A stretch of DNA of 64,000 nucleotides from Bryobacterales bacterium (GCA_963840845.1 CAWJBS010000108.1:2458-66457); one strand, 5' to 3'; counted from the first letter of the stretch, positions 31,235 through 40,970 are shown. The notes: generated from the sequence alone by a model not told the origin. Translations and numbers: made by a program.

Positions 31235-32098
31235 TTGCTGGTTGAGTGCGTCCCGAATTTTTCGGAAGGCCGCGATCCCGCCCGTGTGGCTGCTCTGGAA
31301 GCCGCCATTGCTTCGGTCCCCGGATCAAAAGTTCTTCACCGCACCAGCGACGCCGACCACCATCGCAGCGTCATCACCTTCGCCGGTGAAGCCGAAGCCG
31401 TGCTCGAATCCGCTCTCCGCGCCACCGCCCGCGCGGCTGAATTAATCGATCTCACTCACCATCGCGGCGTTCATCCCCGCCTGGGCGCGCTCGACGTGCT
31501 GCCCTTTGTTCCGTTGGGCGAAACCACACTAGCCGATTGCGTCGCGCTCGCCCACCGCGCCGGCGAACGCATCTGGCGCGAACTCCAAATCCCCGTTTAT
31601 TTTTATGAGGCCGCCGCTCTTCACCCCGATCGCAAGCTGCTCGAAAAGGTCCGTCAGGGCGAGTTCGAAGCACAAACCAAGCTTCCCGATCTCGGCGGCC
31701 CCAAACTTCATCCCACCGCCGGCGCCGTCATCGTCGGCGCACGCCCCATCTTGATCGCTTACAACATCAACCTAGCGACTCAGGATCTGCCACTCGCCAA
31801 GAAAATCGCCCGCACGATCCGTACCAGCAACGGCGGCCTTCCCTGTGTGAAAGCGCTCGGCCTCCCTCTCGAGTCCCGTGGCCAAGTGCAAGTCTCCATG
31901 AACCTGACCGATTTCCACATCACCCCGCCTCACGTCGTCTTCGCCGAAGTCACCCGCCTCGCCGCCGAAGCAGGCGTCTCCGTCGCCGAGAGCGAACTCA
32001 TCGGCCTCATCCCGCGCAAAGCCGTCGAATTCGGTTTCGCCAATGCGCTGAAACTCGCTGATTTTCATTCAGACCGCATCATTGAGAACAACCTCTGA
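31235..32098 (+). CDS. Glutamate formimidoyltransferase
   Basis: LVECVPNFSEGRD, HHRSVITF and HPRLGALDVLPFVP motifs of the FtcD N-terminal transferase domain. Confidence 0.85.
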   Translation: MLVECVPNFSEGRDPARVAALEAAIASVPGSKVLHRTSDADHHRSVITFAGEAEAVLESALRATARAAELIDLTHHRGVHPRLGALDVLPFVPLGETTLADCVALAHRAGERIWRELQIPVYFYEAAALHPDRKLLEKVRQGEFEAQTKLPDLGGPKLHPTAGAVIVGARPILIAYNINLATQDLPLAKKIARTIRTSNGGLPCVKALGLPLESRGQVQVSMNLTDFHITPPHVVFAEVTRLAAEAGVSVAESELIGLIPRKAVEFGFANALKLADFHSDRIIENNL

Positions 32099-32633
32099 TC
32101 CTGCGCACGGCAAGCCCCAGTAGCAAGGCGGCAATCAGCACTAACACCCCGCTCTCCGGCTCCGGAACGACCGGCGGGCCTCCGGTCGAGATGCTGTCTA
32201 ACCTCAATCCTTCGCCCGTAAAAACCACCGATTCATAGAAACCGGCACTAGTGTCGAATGGTAACGGTCCCGTTAGCGAGTCAGTCGTTACTACCGTACC
32301 GGTCCCGTTGAGACCTGAATACAGCGTGACCGTTCCGGCACCTTCAAAGTAAAAAGACAAGCCTGTGGCGGGGGATGCGAGATCCATGGTGACGGACGGT
32401 GCTGTCAGAACCGCCGACGGGCCGAAGGCAATAATCACGGAACTGGCCGCAATTCCCGTCGTAAAAGTAATACCGTAGTCCGGCCCCGGACCCGAGCCAT
32501 TACCTCCGAACCCGCCATCGTAGTAGTTTAAAACCTGCTCGCCGTTTTCCAGGCCATCAAAAGAGACAGATGCGGCAACGGGCAAACTAGTGGTTGCCAA
32601 GACAAGAAAACCTACTGCCGTAACTCGAAACAT
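32079..32633 (-). CDS. PEP-CTERM sorting-domain protein
   Basis: Signal peptide. The C-terminal VPEPESGVLVLIAALLLGLAVRRIR matches the PEP motif plus TM helix plus basic tail. Confidence 0.8.
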   Translation of the reverse strand: MFRVTAVGFLVLATTSLPVAASVSFDGLENGEQVLNYYDGGFGGNGSGPGPDYGITFTTGIAASSVIIAFGPSAVLTAPSVTMDLASPATGLSFYFEGAGTVTLYSGLNGTGTVVTTDSLTGPLPFDTSAGFYESVVFTGEGLRLDSISTGGPPVVPEPESGVLVLIAALLLGLAVRRIRGCSQ

Positions 32634-32677
32634 GCACGCTCCTTTATGACAACCTATTAGATCACCAATTAAGTAAT

Positions 32678-32713
32678 TGGGCTAATTGGTGCCAGTGGGC
32701 TAATTGGTGCCAG
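32678..32713. repeat. Perfect 18-bp tandem duplication upstream of the PEP-CTERM gene
   Basis: TGGGCTAATTGGTGCCAG occurs twice head to tail (32678-32695, 32696-32713). The inverted repeat CCAATT-AAGT-AATTGG overlaps its left edge. Confidence 0.8.
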
Positions 32714-32789
32714 GACACCCGATCACCATTTATGTCTTTATAAAAGGAGGGCTCTACACACCCGCTGAAGATCCCGTCCGGAACCAGCG

Positions 32790-33296
32790 TTATGCCTGTT
32801 CTTCCAACTGCCGCCAAATCTCCTCAAGCGCTACCGCAGCACCGTTAGGCAGTGACAATTCCGTAATCGCTTCCAAGCCTCTCGCCTTCCACTGCCAAGC
32901 CAATTTGTCGATAGGATCCAACACAAATATTCGCTCTGTGCCAATCCGTTCATACTGACCGCATTTGTGGATGACGTGAATTAACTTATCATCGGGAGAA
33001 AGTATTTCCACCACGATCTCGACTGGCTCGGTCGGATAATCCTTGATGGATTTCAACGTGCCGATGACGTCAGGAACGGGTTCCCATTGCGGATCGATCC
33101 GCAATTCCACCTCAGAGCCGGATTTATATCCCGCACGCCGAAGAGCCTCGCGCACGATCCCCTGTAGCACGGCGTGTAACCATGTCGGAATTGTCTTCTG
33201 TATCGGCTCTCCGAACCAGTATTCAAAATATGGCTTCTGCTGCCCATACTGGGAATGAAACTCTTCAAGCGAGATCGGCTGTGTCACGGTAGACAC
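32790..33296 (-). CDS. Uma2 family endonuclease-like protein, copy 2
   Basis: ..YEYWFGEPIQK...PDVIGT....VEILSPDD.. pattern. 168 aa. Confidence 0.7.
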   Translation of the reverse strand: MSTVTQPISLEEFHSQYGQQKPYFEYWFGEPIQKTIPTWLHAVLQGIVREALRRAGYKSGSEVELRIDPQWEPVPDVIGTLKSIKDYPTEPVEIVVEILSPDDKLIHVIHKCGQYERIGTERIFVLDPIDKLAWQWKARGLEAITELSLPNGAAVALEEIWRQLEEQA

Positions 33297-33354
33297 GAGT
33301 TTAGCCTGTTAGCTTTATATAAAGCACCCGACCGCTATTCTCCGCCGTCTTCCC

Positions 33355-34290
33355 TTAAGCCGACCCCGCCACCCCCGCATCCTTCACCTGCCGCTTCCCC
33401 AGCTCAAACAACTCATCCGCATAATGCAAATTTTCCGCCCGCATTGCTATCCAATCCAACCATCTTGCCGGAATCCCGCTCAAGCCAAAATAAGCGCCGC
33501 CCAGTTGCCCGTAAATCGCCGCCGTCGTATCCGCGTCGTCGCCCAGGTTCGCCGCTAGCAGGCAACCTTCTTCAAAGCTGGAACTGTTATAGAAACACCA
33601 CATTGCCGCTTCCAGAGACCGCACCACATAACCAGTTCCAACAATTTCGCCGTATGGCTTTTCATGCGCCCCTGTCACCGCCGCACTAATTTCGGAGTCA
33701 TAAACGTTCTCGCGCAAAAGCGAAGTCGCGCACGCAGAAACGTCTTTCACGCCGTTCAGAACATGCGCCACCAGTTCGGCGTAGAACCGGCAAGCATCCA
33801 CCGCTTGCGGCGCGCCGTGCGTGGTGCGCGAACTCTTCGCCGCCATCAAACCGGCGATGGCCGGATTGCCCGCATAGGCCATCGGGATCGCCGCCTGTCT
33901 CATCAAACTCCCGTTGCCCGCCGTGTCGCGGTCGGTCGATCCGCATTCACACTGCTGCGTCCGCTTGTACTTTCTAAGTGCCGCCGCCACCGTGTTGCCG
34001 ATATCGAAACACGCTCCCGTCGCCGACATGTATCCCCGGTCCCGCCACAAACAAAATCGCTCGAGTTGATCACACGCGTCGCACGTGCCCGTCTCCACCA
34101 ACGACGCCGCAATACACAGGCCCATCGAATGATCATCGGTAAAGGCGCCGCGCGGCAAGGCGAACGGTCCGCCGCCCACCATGTCGCTGATCGGCTTAAA
34201 TGACCCTTTCGGCTTGAACTCGTTAGTCGTCCCCACCGCATCGCCAATGGCCTGCCCGAGAAAGCATCCCCTGAACTGATCGATATTCAT
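33355..34290 (-). CDS. ADP-ribosylglycohydrolase family protein
   Basis: FLGQAIGDAVG, FTDDHSM, GNGSLMR and NLGDDADTTAAIYGQLGGAYFG motifs. Confidence 0.85.
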   Translation of the reverse strand: MNIDQFRGCFLGQAIGDAVGTTNEFKPKGSFKPISDMVGGGPFALPRGAFTDDHSMGLCIAASLVETGTCDACDQLERFCLWRDRGYMSATGACFDIGNTVAAALRKYKRTQQCECGSTDRDTAGNGSLMRQAAIPMAYAGNPAIAGLMAAKSSRTTHGAPQAVDACRFYAELVAHVLNGVKDVSACATSLLRENVYDSEISAAVTGAHEKPYGEIVGTGYVVRSLEAAMWCFYNSSSFEEGCLLAANLGDDADTTAAIYGQLGGAYFGLSGIPARWLDWIAMRAENLHYADELFELGKRQVKDAGVAGSA

Positions 34291-34393
34291 ACCAACTAAC
34301 TATATGATCCGTTCAGCAAGTGGGGCAGACATTCAGAGACTCGGCGCGCCCCCCCGATGGCCGCCCTCATACATAATCAATTCAGACACCCTG

Positions 34394-35149
34394 ATGCGCC
34401 GCCGCACACCACAAGATAAGAAACAGCTCAGTCTTGAAAAGGATCGACGCAATGTCTACGGCGAGTCCCCACACGGCGCCAGAAAAAGCATTCCGCTTCG
34501 CAAAAAACTTCGCAACCGCGCGAACCGGCATCAGCAGGAATCGCAACTGCCGGCCTCGCCGGCACAGCTCGAAGAAAGCGAGGGAGACCGGATCGAATCG
34601 TCCATGCGACTCAAAGCGCCGAAAACCTGGCATAAGGCTTCCGATGCATCCTTGGGCACCGTCATCACCCGCAAACACAAACGCCGCATTCGAGATCAAG
34701 CTCGCAAAATCCGTTCGAAAGTGCAGCGTGCTTTTTGCGATGGCCACTTTTTCGGCGAGTGCCCGAAATGCCAGAGCAGTGTATATATTTTGGTCGGCCG
34801 GCACGGCGGCGAAAAATACGGCGCATTTTGCGCTGTGGGTCGAGGCGTTCCCAACGCAACGTTCTCAAAAGCGCTGATTCACCCTTGTCTATCCACCAAT
34901 CTGCCAGAGCCCGCAAATCATTTGTTTTCGCTGTGTCTAGGTTGCAGAGACTCCGTCTTCGGAGACTGGCTTTGCCGTTTGTTTGGTGCCTGCACTTGCC
35001 CGCAATGCCGCCAACCCTTTTCTGTAGCGGAAGTTGTGGGCGCTGAACTTCGCCTCAAACTTGTTCTATCGAAAAATAGAACGCTCACCGGCATCGCCCC
35101 TTCCACATGGCGGCCGCAACTGTCCCAGTGGCTCTATTTTCAGCCCTAA
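34394..35149 (+). CDS. Hypothetical protein: basic N-terminal region plus Cys-rich (zinc-ribbon-like) C-terminal half
   Basis: DKKQLSLEKDRRNVYGESPHGARKSIPLRKK basic segment, then CPKC, CLGC and CPQC pairs. Divergent from the ARH gene. Start chosen at the internal Met. Confidence 0.45.
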   Translation: MRRRTPQDKKQLSLEKDRRNVYGESPHGARKSIPLRKKLRNRANRHQQESQLPASPAQLEESEGDRIESSMRLKAPKTWHKASDASLGTVITRKHKRRIRDQARKIRSKVQRAFCDGHFFGECPKCQSSVYILVGRHGGEKYGAFCAVGRGVPNATFSKALIHPCLSTNLPEPANHLFSLCLGCRDSVFGDWLCRLFGACTCPQCRQPFSVAEVVGAELRLKLVLSKNRTLTGIAPSTWRPQLSQWLYFQP

Positions 35150-35358
35150 CTGTTTTCTCGCCCGCAAGTCGATGAAACGAAAACACTTAATCGGTCCGTC
35201 TGAAAATTCTTCCCTCCCGGAAATCCCGGTCACAATAGTTTATCTTTTTTAATCAAATTTATATCCCCAACTGTCTCTATCACTTACAGCCAATCCAGCC
35301 AAACCCGCGTGTCACCCATGGTTCGGAATTGGGGGGTGCCAATGCTAACTTCAATCAG

Positions 35359-35395
35359 GTCCGCCAGAGTTCATCCTCTGTTGCGGGCTTTTTTT
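35359..35395 (+). terminator. Strong intrinsic terminator-like hairpin 25 nt upstream of the next start codon
   Basis: 11-bp stem (35359-35369 / 35376-35388, with a 2-nt bulge), 6-nt loop, then T7 (35389-35395). Confidence 0.6.
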
Positions 35396-35420
35396 ATTGA
35401 GTTGAAAGGAAACCAGTGAT

Positions 35421-36203
35421 ATGAAGAAGATGAATCGCCAACAACGCCGTGCCGCCGCGCACGCCGCTACTACTGCCACCACGGTCCCGCCGGCAGCAGC
35501 AGCACCTCAACCGCAGCCCGAAAAAGAAATCTCCGAAGCCCAACTCGCCGCTAACCGCGAAAACGCCCAGTCGAGTACTGGCCCCACGTCCGACGCTGGT
35601 CGCAAGAAGGTTTCTCTAAACGCTCTGAAGACCGGACTCACCGGCGCGCAAGTTCTTCTGCCCACCGATGACGCCGCTTTATATGAAGCTCACGTCCGCG
35701 ATTACAAAAACGAGTTCCAACCTGTCGGTCCTGAAGAAACTCACCTTTTGCAATCCATCATCGATACCCGCTGGCGGCTCGCCCGTATCCCCGGCCTCGA
35801 ATACGCGCTCCTCGATCTCGCCCGCCGCCAGCTCATCAAAGAGGAGCCTGGGCTCGCTAACAACCCCGCGCCGGTCCTCGAAATGCAAGCTCGCATCCAC
35901 CTGGAGCGCGATCTCCGCAATTTACATCTTCAGGAAAATCGCCTGGTCCGCCGCCGCGAACGAGAAATGAAGGAACTGCGCGAAAGGCAAGCTACCCGCA
36001 AGTCCACCGAGCAACAACAAGCCAAAGCCAAGAAAGCTGAACCCGTTTCGGCGCCTGCGTCTGCTGCTGCGCCTGCGCCCGCCACCAAAGAAGAGAATGG
36101 GTTTGTTTTTCCACCTCCTCTCATGGACGAGTTTTTGGCCATGCTGACCCCCGAAACCCGTGCTGCCTTCTTAAAAGATCGCGCTGACGCTGCCGCTGCC
36201 TAA
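35421..36203 (+). CDS. Hypothetical protein, distant paralogue of 6851..7717
   Basis: ANRENAQSSTGP..LNALKTGLTG..LLPTDD...RWRLAR.. followed by an Arg/Glu-rich helix and an Ala/Pro-rich tail. Confidence 0.65.
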   Translation: MKKMNRQQRRAAAHAATTATTVPPAAAAPQPQPEKEISEAQLAANRENAQSSTGPTSDAGRKKVSLNALKTGLTGAQVLLPTDDAALYEAHVRDYKNEFQPVGPEETHLLQSIIDTRWRLARIPGLEYALLDLARRQLIKEEPGLANNPAPVLEMQARIHLERDLRNLHLQENRLVRRREREMKELRERQATRKSTEQQQAKAKKAEPVSAPASAAAPAPATKEENGFVFPPPLMDEFLAMLTPETRAAFLKDRADAAAA

Positions 36204-36358
36204 CGAAAAATAAGGGTCCCTGCTTCTTCGCCGCAAGGTGTTCGAAGTATGGGCCACCGGTTCTTTGAAATCCGAATATGCTTTCCGGGGCAGTGGTATT
36301 CGTGTGTCCGCAGACTTACCCAAAGCGGCGCCGGCAGACCTCCTGGTCCCCTCTTTGA

Positions 36359-37234
36359 CTAACTTACCTGCTGCACAACTGCAGTAGTAACCCGCTCTTC
36401 GCGTCGCTCCTGCGTAGGTGCCATCGGATAGAGTAACTGCCCCGCCAGGCTTTCCGGAATCGCCGTATCTGTCCCATACCGCGCCGGCCAAACCTTCTTC
36501 GGCATATACCAGGTGCCGAATACCTTATCCATCCACGGCAGCATCGACGCGTAATTCTTATCGATATGCTCGTTTCTCGTGTGATGCCAGTGGTGGAACA
36601 TCGGCGTCGCTATCACAAACGACAACCAGCCAAACTGCCAGCGCACGTTCGAGTGAATGAAGAATCCCCAAATCGTACCGATCAGCATCACCAATAACGG
36701 CACCATATCTACCGACTGTCCCGCCATCGGTTGTGCCAATCCCAGCGCATACATCGGCACAAATCCGCATAGCCTCATGAACACGACGTCGAAAGGATGC
36801 GCTTTCGTGTTTACCAGCCAATCCATCTCCTCCGCGCTGTGATGAACCGCATGGAAGCGCCACAGAAAGGGAATCTCATGGCTCCAGCGGTGCCCCCAGT
36901 AAAAACCGACTTCGCCAACTACCAATGCTGCCAGCAACCGGAACTTCATCGACATCCCTTGCGCGAGTGTCTGCACCGCTCCCGGCACAATGTGATGCAG
37001 TAACCAAGCCAGCAGGCCCATCGGCACAACCAGCATCATCTTCGGCAGCAGGCTGTTAATAAAGTAATACCCTAAGTCCACCAGAAACGATTTGCGAAAA
37101 ATCTCCTGCTTGTGCAACTCGAATAGCTTTTCCAACGGCACAAAAACCGCCATCAGCAGGAGCAGCCAGATGCAAATCCGCGCTACCTCTACTGCGGCCG
37201 AAGGAAGATGTCGTAGTTGCTGTAACAGTTCCAT
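36359..37234 (-). CDS. Fatty acid hydroxylase / sterol desaturase family membrane protein
   Basis: Histidine boxes HRWSH, HAVHH and HHWHH, with multiple TM helices. Confidence 0.85.
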   Translation of the reverse strand: MELLQQLRHLPSAAVEVARICIWLLLLMAVFVPLEKLFELHKQEIFRKSFLVDLGYYFINSLLPKMMLVVPMGLLAWLLHHIVPGAVQTLAQGMSMKFRLLAALVVGEVGFYWGHRWSHEIPFLWRFHAVHHSAEEMDWLVNTKAHPFDVVFMRLCGFVPMYALGLAQPMAGQSVDMVPLLVMLIGTIWGFFIHSNVRWQFGWLSFVIATPMFHHWHHTRNEHIDKNYASMLPWMDKVFGTWYMPKKVWPARYGTDTAIPESLAGQLLYPMAPTQERREERVTTAVVQQVS

Positions 37235-37355
37235 AAAATTACATTGCTCAAAAATCGATTTTCAATACGCGAGCCCCGCCATCGGAGCCCGCGCACTGCT
37301 AACAAACAAACAAGGAACGAAAAAACTAACTCAAGCCCTCGATTGATCCTAACGA

Positions 37356-38090
37356 CTACTTGGCTTGCTTTTTGCGACGCAGAAGTCCCGCGCCCGTCAA
37401 CAAACCACCTAACATCATGGCGTAGCTCGCCGGCTCCGGAGCCGGATTCAACGAAACGCCATCCAACAATGAAAACGGCGGTGCGCCCGCTGGTGTACCA
37501 TCGGCCAAGAACGACAAAACTTCAGTCGAACTCGTCGCCACGAACGTCATCGAGGCTTGCTGCCAACCGCTGAAACCATCGGCCGGGATGCTCACCGTCG
37601 AGGTCGATTGTGTTGCGTTTCCGAACGTAACCTGCCACTGTTCGGTGGTCGGTTCATCGTCGTTATGCGTCTGCTGCGTCCCAGCCCAGTCGAAGGTCAG
37701 CACATAGGCATCGCCCACAACCAAACCGCTCACGGTCTGCGAAAGTGCTGAAACCTGCGCAGCTCCGTCTTGGCCAATAAAGTTACCGCCGTTGGGGCTC
37801 GCCCCTACTATCGTCGGCAACGCTACGTTCCCGTAGATGCCCGCGGAACCTGTAGTACCGGCCGTGCTGGGCGAAAACAAGAACGTGTAGCTCGTGGTTG
37901 GTCCGCTCGTGGTCCAGCCCGTTACTGTCGTGTTGTAGCCCAATTGGCCGGCGCCATTCGTGGACGATTCAAAACTGCCGTTTGTGATCAAATCTGCCTT
38001 CGCCGCCGGAGCCAAGGCCAAAACGGCTGCAGCAGACAGTGCCACCACAGCACCCTTGCTCACCTGACCGATCTTCTTAAAAACTTCCAT
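37356..38090 (-). CDS. PEP-CTERM sorting-domain protein
   Basis: Signal peptide, DLITNGSFE start of a beta-sandwich region, and C-terminal APEPASYAMMLGGLLTGAGLLRRKK. Confidence 0.8.
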   Translation of the reverse strand: MEVFKKIGQVSKGAVVALSAAAVLALAPAAKADLITNGSFESSTNGAGQLGYNTTVTGWTTSGPTTSYTFLFSPSTAGTTGSAGIYGNVALPTIVGASPNGGNFIGQDGAAQVSALSQTVSGLVVGDAYVLTFDWAGTQQTHNDDEPTTEQWQVTFGNATQSTSTVSIPADGFSGWQQASMTFVATSSTEVLSFLADGTPAGAPPFSLLDGVSLNPAPEPASYAMMLGGLLTGAGLLRRKKQAK

Positions 38091-38357
38091 TCATCCTCCT
38101 TTTGGATGTGTTTTGTTGTATTTGCCTGAATTGATCAGGCCGCGGAGCGCAGAAGAAGCTTCTCGGAACAGAAGTTTTTTCTCCCGCAAGCGCTCTACTT
38201 GAACCCAGTCTAATTCACGGAACGACCCGTTTTCCACAGTTTGCGTAGGCAATTCGTTCTATCCCGTTGTGGAAATGTCTACCCCTGACTGGCCGTACTT
38301 TTGACGAGGGTGTACGCTGCACGGCGTCCGGCTTTACACCCTCGCTATCATTGAAAG

Positions 38358-39584
38358 ATGGCATCAGTGATCACTCCCGAGCCCGAGCTTCTCACTCCCG
38401 CTCAAGAAGTCATGAACCTCGAGCGCGCATACCTGCTGCAGAATTACGGCCGCTATCCGCTCGCCCTTCATCGTGGCAAAGGCTGCTACCTCTACGATCT
38501 CGAAGGCAATCGCTATCTCGATCTCATCAGCGGTATCGGCGTCAATTCGCTCGGTTACGCTCATCCCCGCATCACCAAAATCATTCGTCAGCAAGCGGGC
38601 TTGTTGCTGCACACCTCGAATCTCTATTACCACGAATATCAAGGCCGCCTTGCCCAGCGTTTAGCCAAAATCAGCGGCTTAAACCGCAGCTTTTTCTGTA
38701 ATTCGGGAACTGAATCCATGGAAGGTGCGCTCAAAATGGTGCGCTCGCATGGTCATGCCATTTCGCCCGATAAATTTGAAGTCATCGCGCTCGAAAATTC
38801 TTTCCACGGCCGCACCTTTGGCGCTCTCTCCATTACCGGCCAGCCTAAATATCGCAAAGATTTTGAACCGCTGCTGCCCGGTGCCCGCTTCGTCGAACGC
38901 AACAATATCCCCGCTTTAGAAGCTGCCTTCAACTCGAACACCGCCGGTATCGTTCTTGAGTTTATTCAAGGCGAAGGCGGAATCTATCCCATCTCGGAAG
39001 CCTTCGCCCGCCGCGCCCGCGAACTCGCCGACCAGCACAATGCACTCCTCGTTTTCGATGAAATTCAATGCGGCGTGGGACGTCCCGGCGCGTATTTCGC
39101 CTATCAGTTGCTCGACCCCGTTCTTCTGCCCGATATCGTTATCGCCGCTAAGCCGATGGGCTGCGGCTTGCCCATCGGCGTTGTCGTCTCAAACGAAAAA
39201 GCAGCTGCCGCGATCAAGCCCGGTATGCACGGCACCACCTACGGCGGCGGTCCCCTCGTCTGCCGTGTCGCCCTCGAATTTTTCGATATCCTTGACGAAC
39301 TCTTGCCCTCCATCAACGCAGTGGGCGGCTACTTCCGCATGCGACTCACCGAATTGATGCGCAAGTTTTCGTTTATTAAAGAAGTCCGCGGCCAAGGTTT
39401 GATGATCGGCGTCGAACTTGAAATCCCCGGCAAGGATCTGGTGCTCGATGGCATCAAGGAAGGCCTTCTGTTTAACTGCACCCACGAAAATGTTCTCCGT
39501 CTTTTGCCCCCCTACATCCTCACCGAACAGGATGTGGACCGCGCTCTTTCCGCCCTTGTGAAGGTTTTTAAGAATGTTAAATGA
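38358..39584 (+). CDS. argD: Acetylornithine/class-III aminotransferase
   Basis: ..GIGVNSLGYAHP.., NSGTESMEGALK and FDEIQCGVGRPG motifs. 408 aa. Confidence 0.85.
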   Translation: MASVITPEPELLTPAQEVMNLERAYLLQNYGRYPLALHRGKGCYLYDLEGNRYLDLISGIGVNSLGYAHPRITKIIRQQAGLLLHTSNLYYHEYQGRLAQRLAKISGLNRSFFCNSGTESMEGALKMVRSHGHAISPDKFEVIALENSFHGRTFGALSITGQPKYRKDFEPLLPGARFVERNNIPALEAAFNSNTAGIVLEFIQGEGGIYPISEAFARRARELADQHNALLVFDEIQCGVGRPGAYFAYQLLDPVLLPDIVIAAKPMGCGLPIGVVVSNEKAAAAIKPGMHGTTYGGGPLVCRVALEFFDILDELLPSINAVGGYFRMRLTELMRKFSFIKEVRGQGLMIGVELEIPGKDLVLDGIKEGLLFNCTHENVLRLLPPYILTEQDVDRALSALVKVFKNVK

Positions 39585-39659
39585 AGAAAATAATGCAACG
39601 CATTTGCTCCTTTTCTTCTCTAACCGAAGCGCCAAAGTTGTACCCTTGAAAGAGCGATT

Positions 39660-40934
39660 TTGACGAAGCGAAATTATTTATTTATTTTTCCAGCGCTAAT
39701 CCCGCTGCTTTTTTGTTCCTGTGGGAATAAGCGTGCCAACCTGCAACTGGAACCCGATCCGCATGCGATTTCCCGCCGGCTCAACATTCCCGCGGCCCGC
39801 CATCCTCACATCGCCCTAGATCCGTCGGGCGATACAGTTTACGTTCTCGCCGTAGCGGGTTCCGACCCAACGTCCCAATTAGTCCTACTCACCAGCGTAA
39901 ACGGCGGCGACACTTTTGAACCGCCCGTTCCCATTAATGAGCCCGGGACCAACGTCAGCTCGCATGGCGAAAATAGCCCGGTTATCCTCTTCGGGCCTGG
40001 CGAAAAGATATACACCATGTGGGAGCAGCAGGATGGCGAGGCGGCTGCCATCATGTTCGCCAACTCGCTCGATTTCGGCGCCACCTTCGAAAAACCGGTT
40101 CGCGTCTCCGATCAAGCCACCCCCACCTATGCTGGCTATCCGACCTTCGCCGTGGCGCCCAACAAAACTCTCTGCGCTGCCTGGCTTGATTTCCGCGATC
40201 AAACCACCCAGTCCGATACCGCCTCCATCTATCTGTCCTGCTCCATCGATGAGGGTGCCACGTTTTCGAAGAATTTGAAAGTCGCCGACAACGTTTGCCC
40301 TTGCTGCCGGCCCACCATCGTTTACGGTCCGAATGGCCAGCTCATGGTCTTCTGGCGGCGCGTGTTCCCCGGTAACATCCGCGACATGGTTGTCTCCATT
40401 TCAAACGATCAAGGCAACACGTTCGCTCCGCCGGTTCGGGTTGCCGAAGACGGCTGGAAGTTGGATGGCTGTCCCGATTCCGGCCCCGCCGTGGCCCGCG
40501 TCGGCAGACGCATCTATGTCTCATGGCTGACGGAAGCCACTCACGCACGCGCCGGTGTCCGTCTGGCATGGACCGACGATGGCGGCAAGACGTTCTCCTT
40601 ACCGGTCATGGCATCCACTAAAACGCTCGATGCCAACCATCCGGCGTTTGCCCTGCAAGAGGACGGTACGCTGCTGCTCTCGTTCCAAGCCCGCGATCCG
40701 CAACGCCGTGGCGGCTGGACTCCGCCGCGCCCTTACGCGGTTGAGATTGATGCCCACGGCGATCTGTCCGATCCTGTCCTCATTGCCGATGGAACGATGC
40801 CCGTTGAGTTCCCCACTGTCGCCGCCGGTAACGCCGGCCGCGTCTTCTTTGCCTGGACCGAATCCCTCACCGATGCAACCGGTGAAAAGGGGACAGTGAT
40901 GTTAGTGCGCGCCCGTACGCCCGAACGCTACTGA
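39660..40934 (+). CDS. BNR/Asp-box repeat (sialidase-fold) lipoprotein
   Basis: Lipobox LLFCSC. Five Asp-boxes: SVNGGDTF, SLDFGATF, SIDEGATF, SNDQGNTF and TDDGGKTF. Confidence 0.75.
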   Translation: MTKRNYLFIFPALIPLLFCSCGNKRANLQLEPDPHAISRRLNIPAARHPHIALDPSGDTVYVLAVAGSDPTSQLVLLTSVNGGDTFEPPVPINEPGTNVSSHGENSPVILFGPGEKIYTMWEQQDGEAAAIMFANSLDFGATFEKPVRVSDQATPTYAGYPTFAVAPNKTLCAAWLDFRDQTTQSDTASIYLSCSIDEGATFSKNLKVADNVCPCCRPTIVYGPNGQLMVFWRRVFPGNIRDMVVSISNDQGNTFAPPVRVAEDGWKLDGCPDSGPAVARVGRRIYVSWLTEATHARAGVRLAWTDDGGKTFSLPVMASTKTLDANHPAFALQEDGTLLLSFQARDPQRRGGWTPPRPYAVEIDAHGDLSDPVLIADGTMPVEFPTVAAGNAGRVFFAWTESLTDATGEKGTVMLVRARTPERY

Positions 40935-40970
40935 TCCGCGTTTTTGCTATTCTGAGCCGGAGGTATCAAA

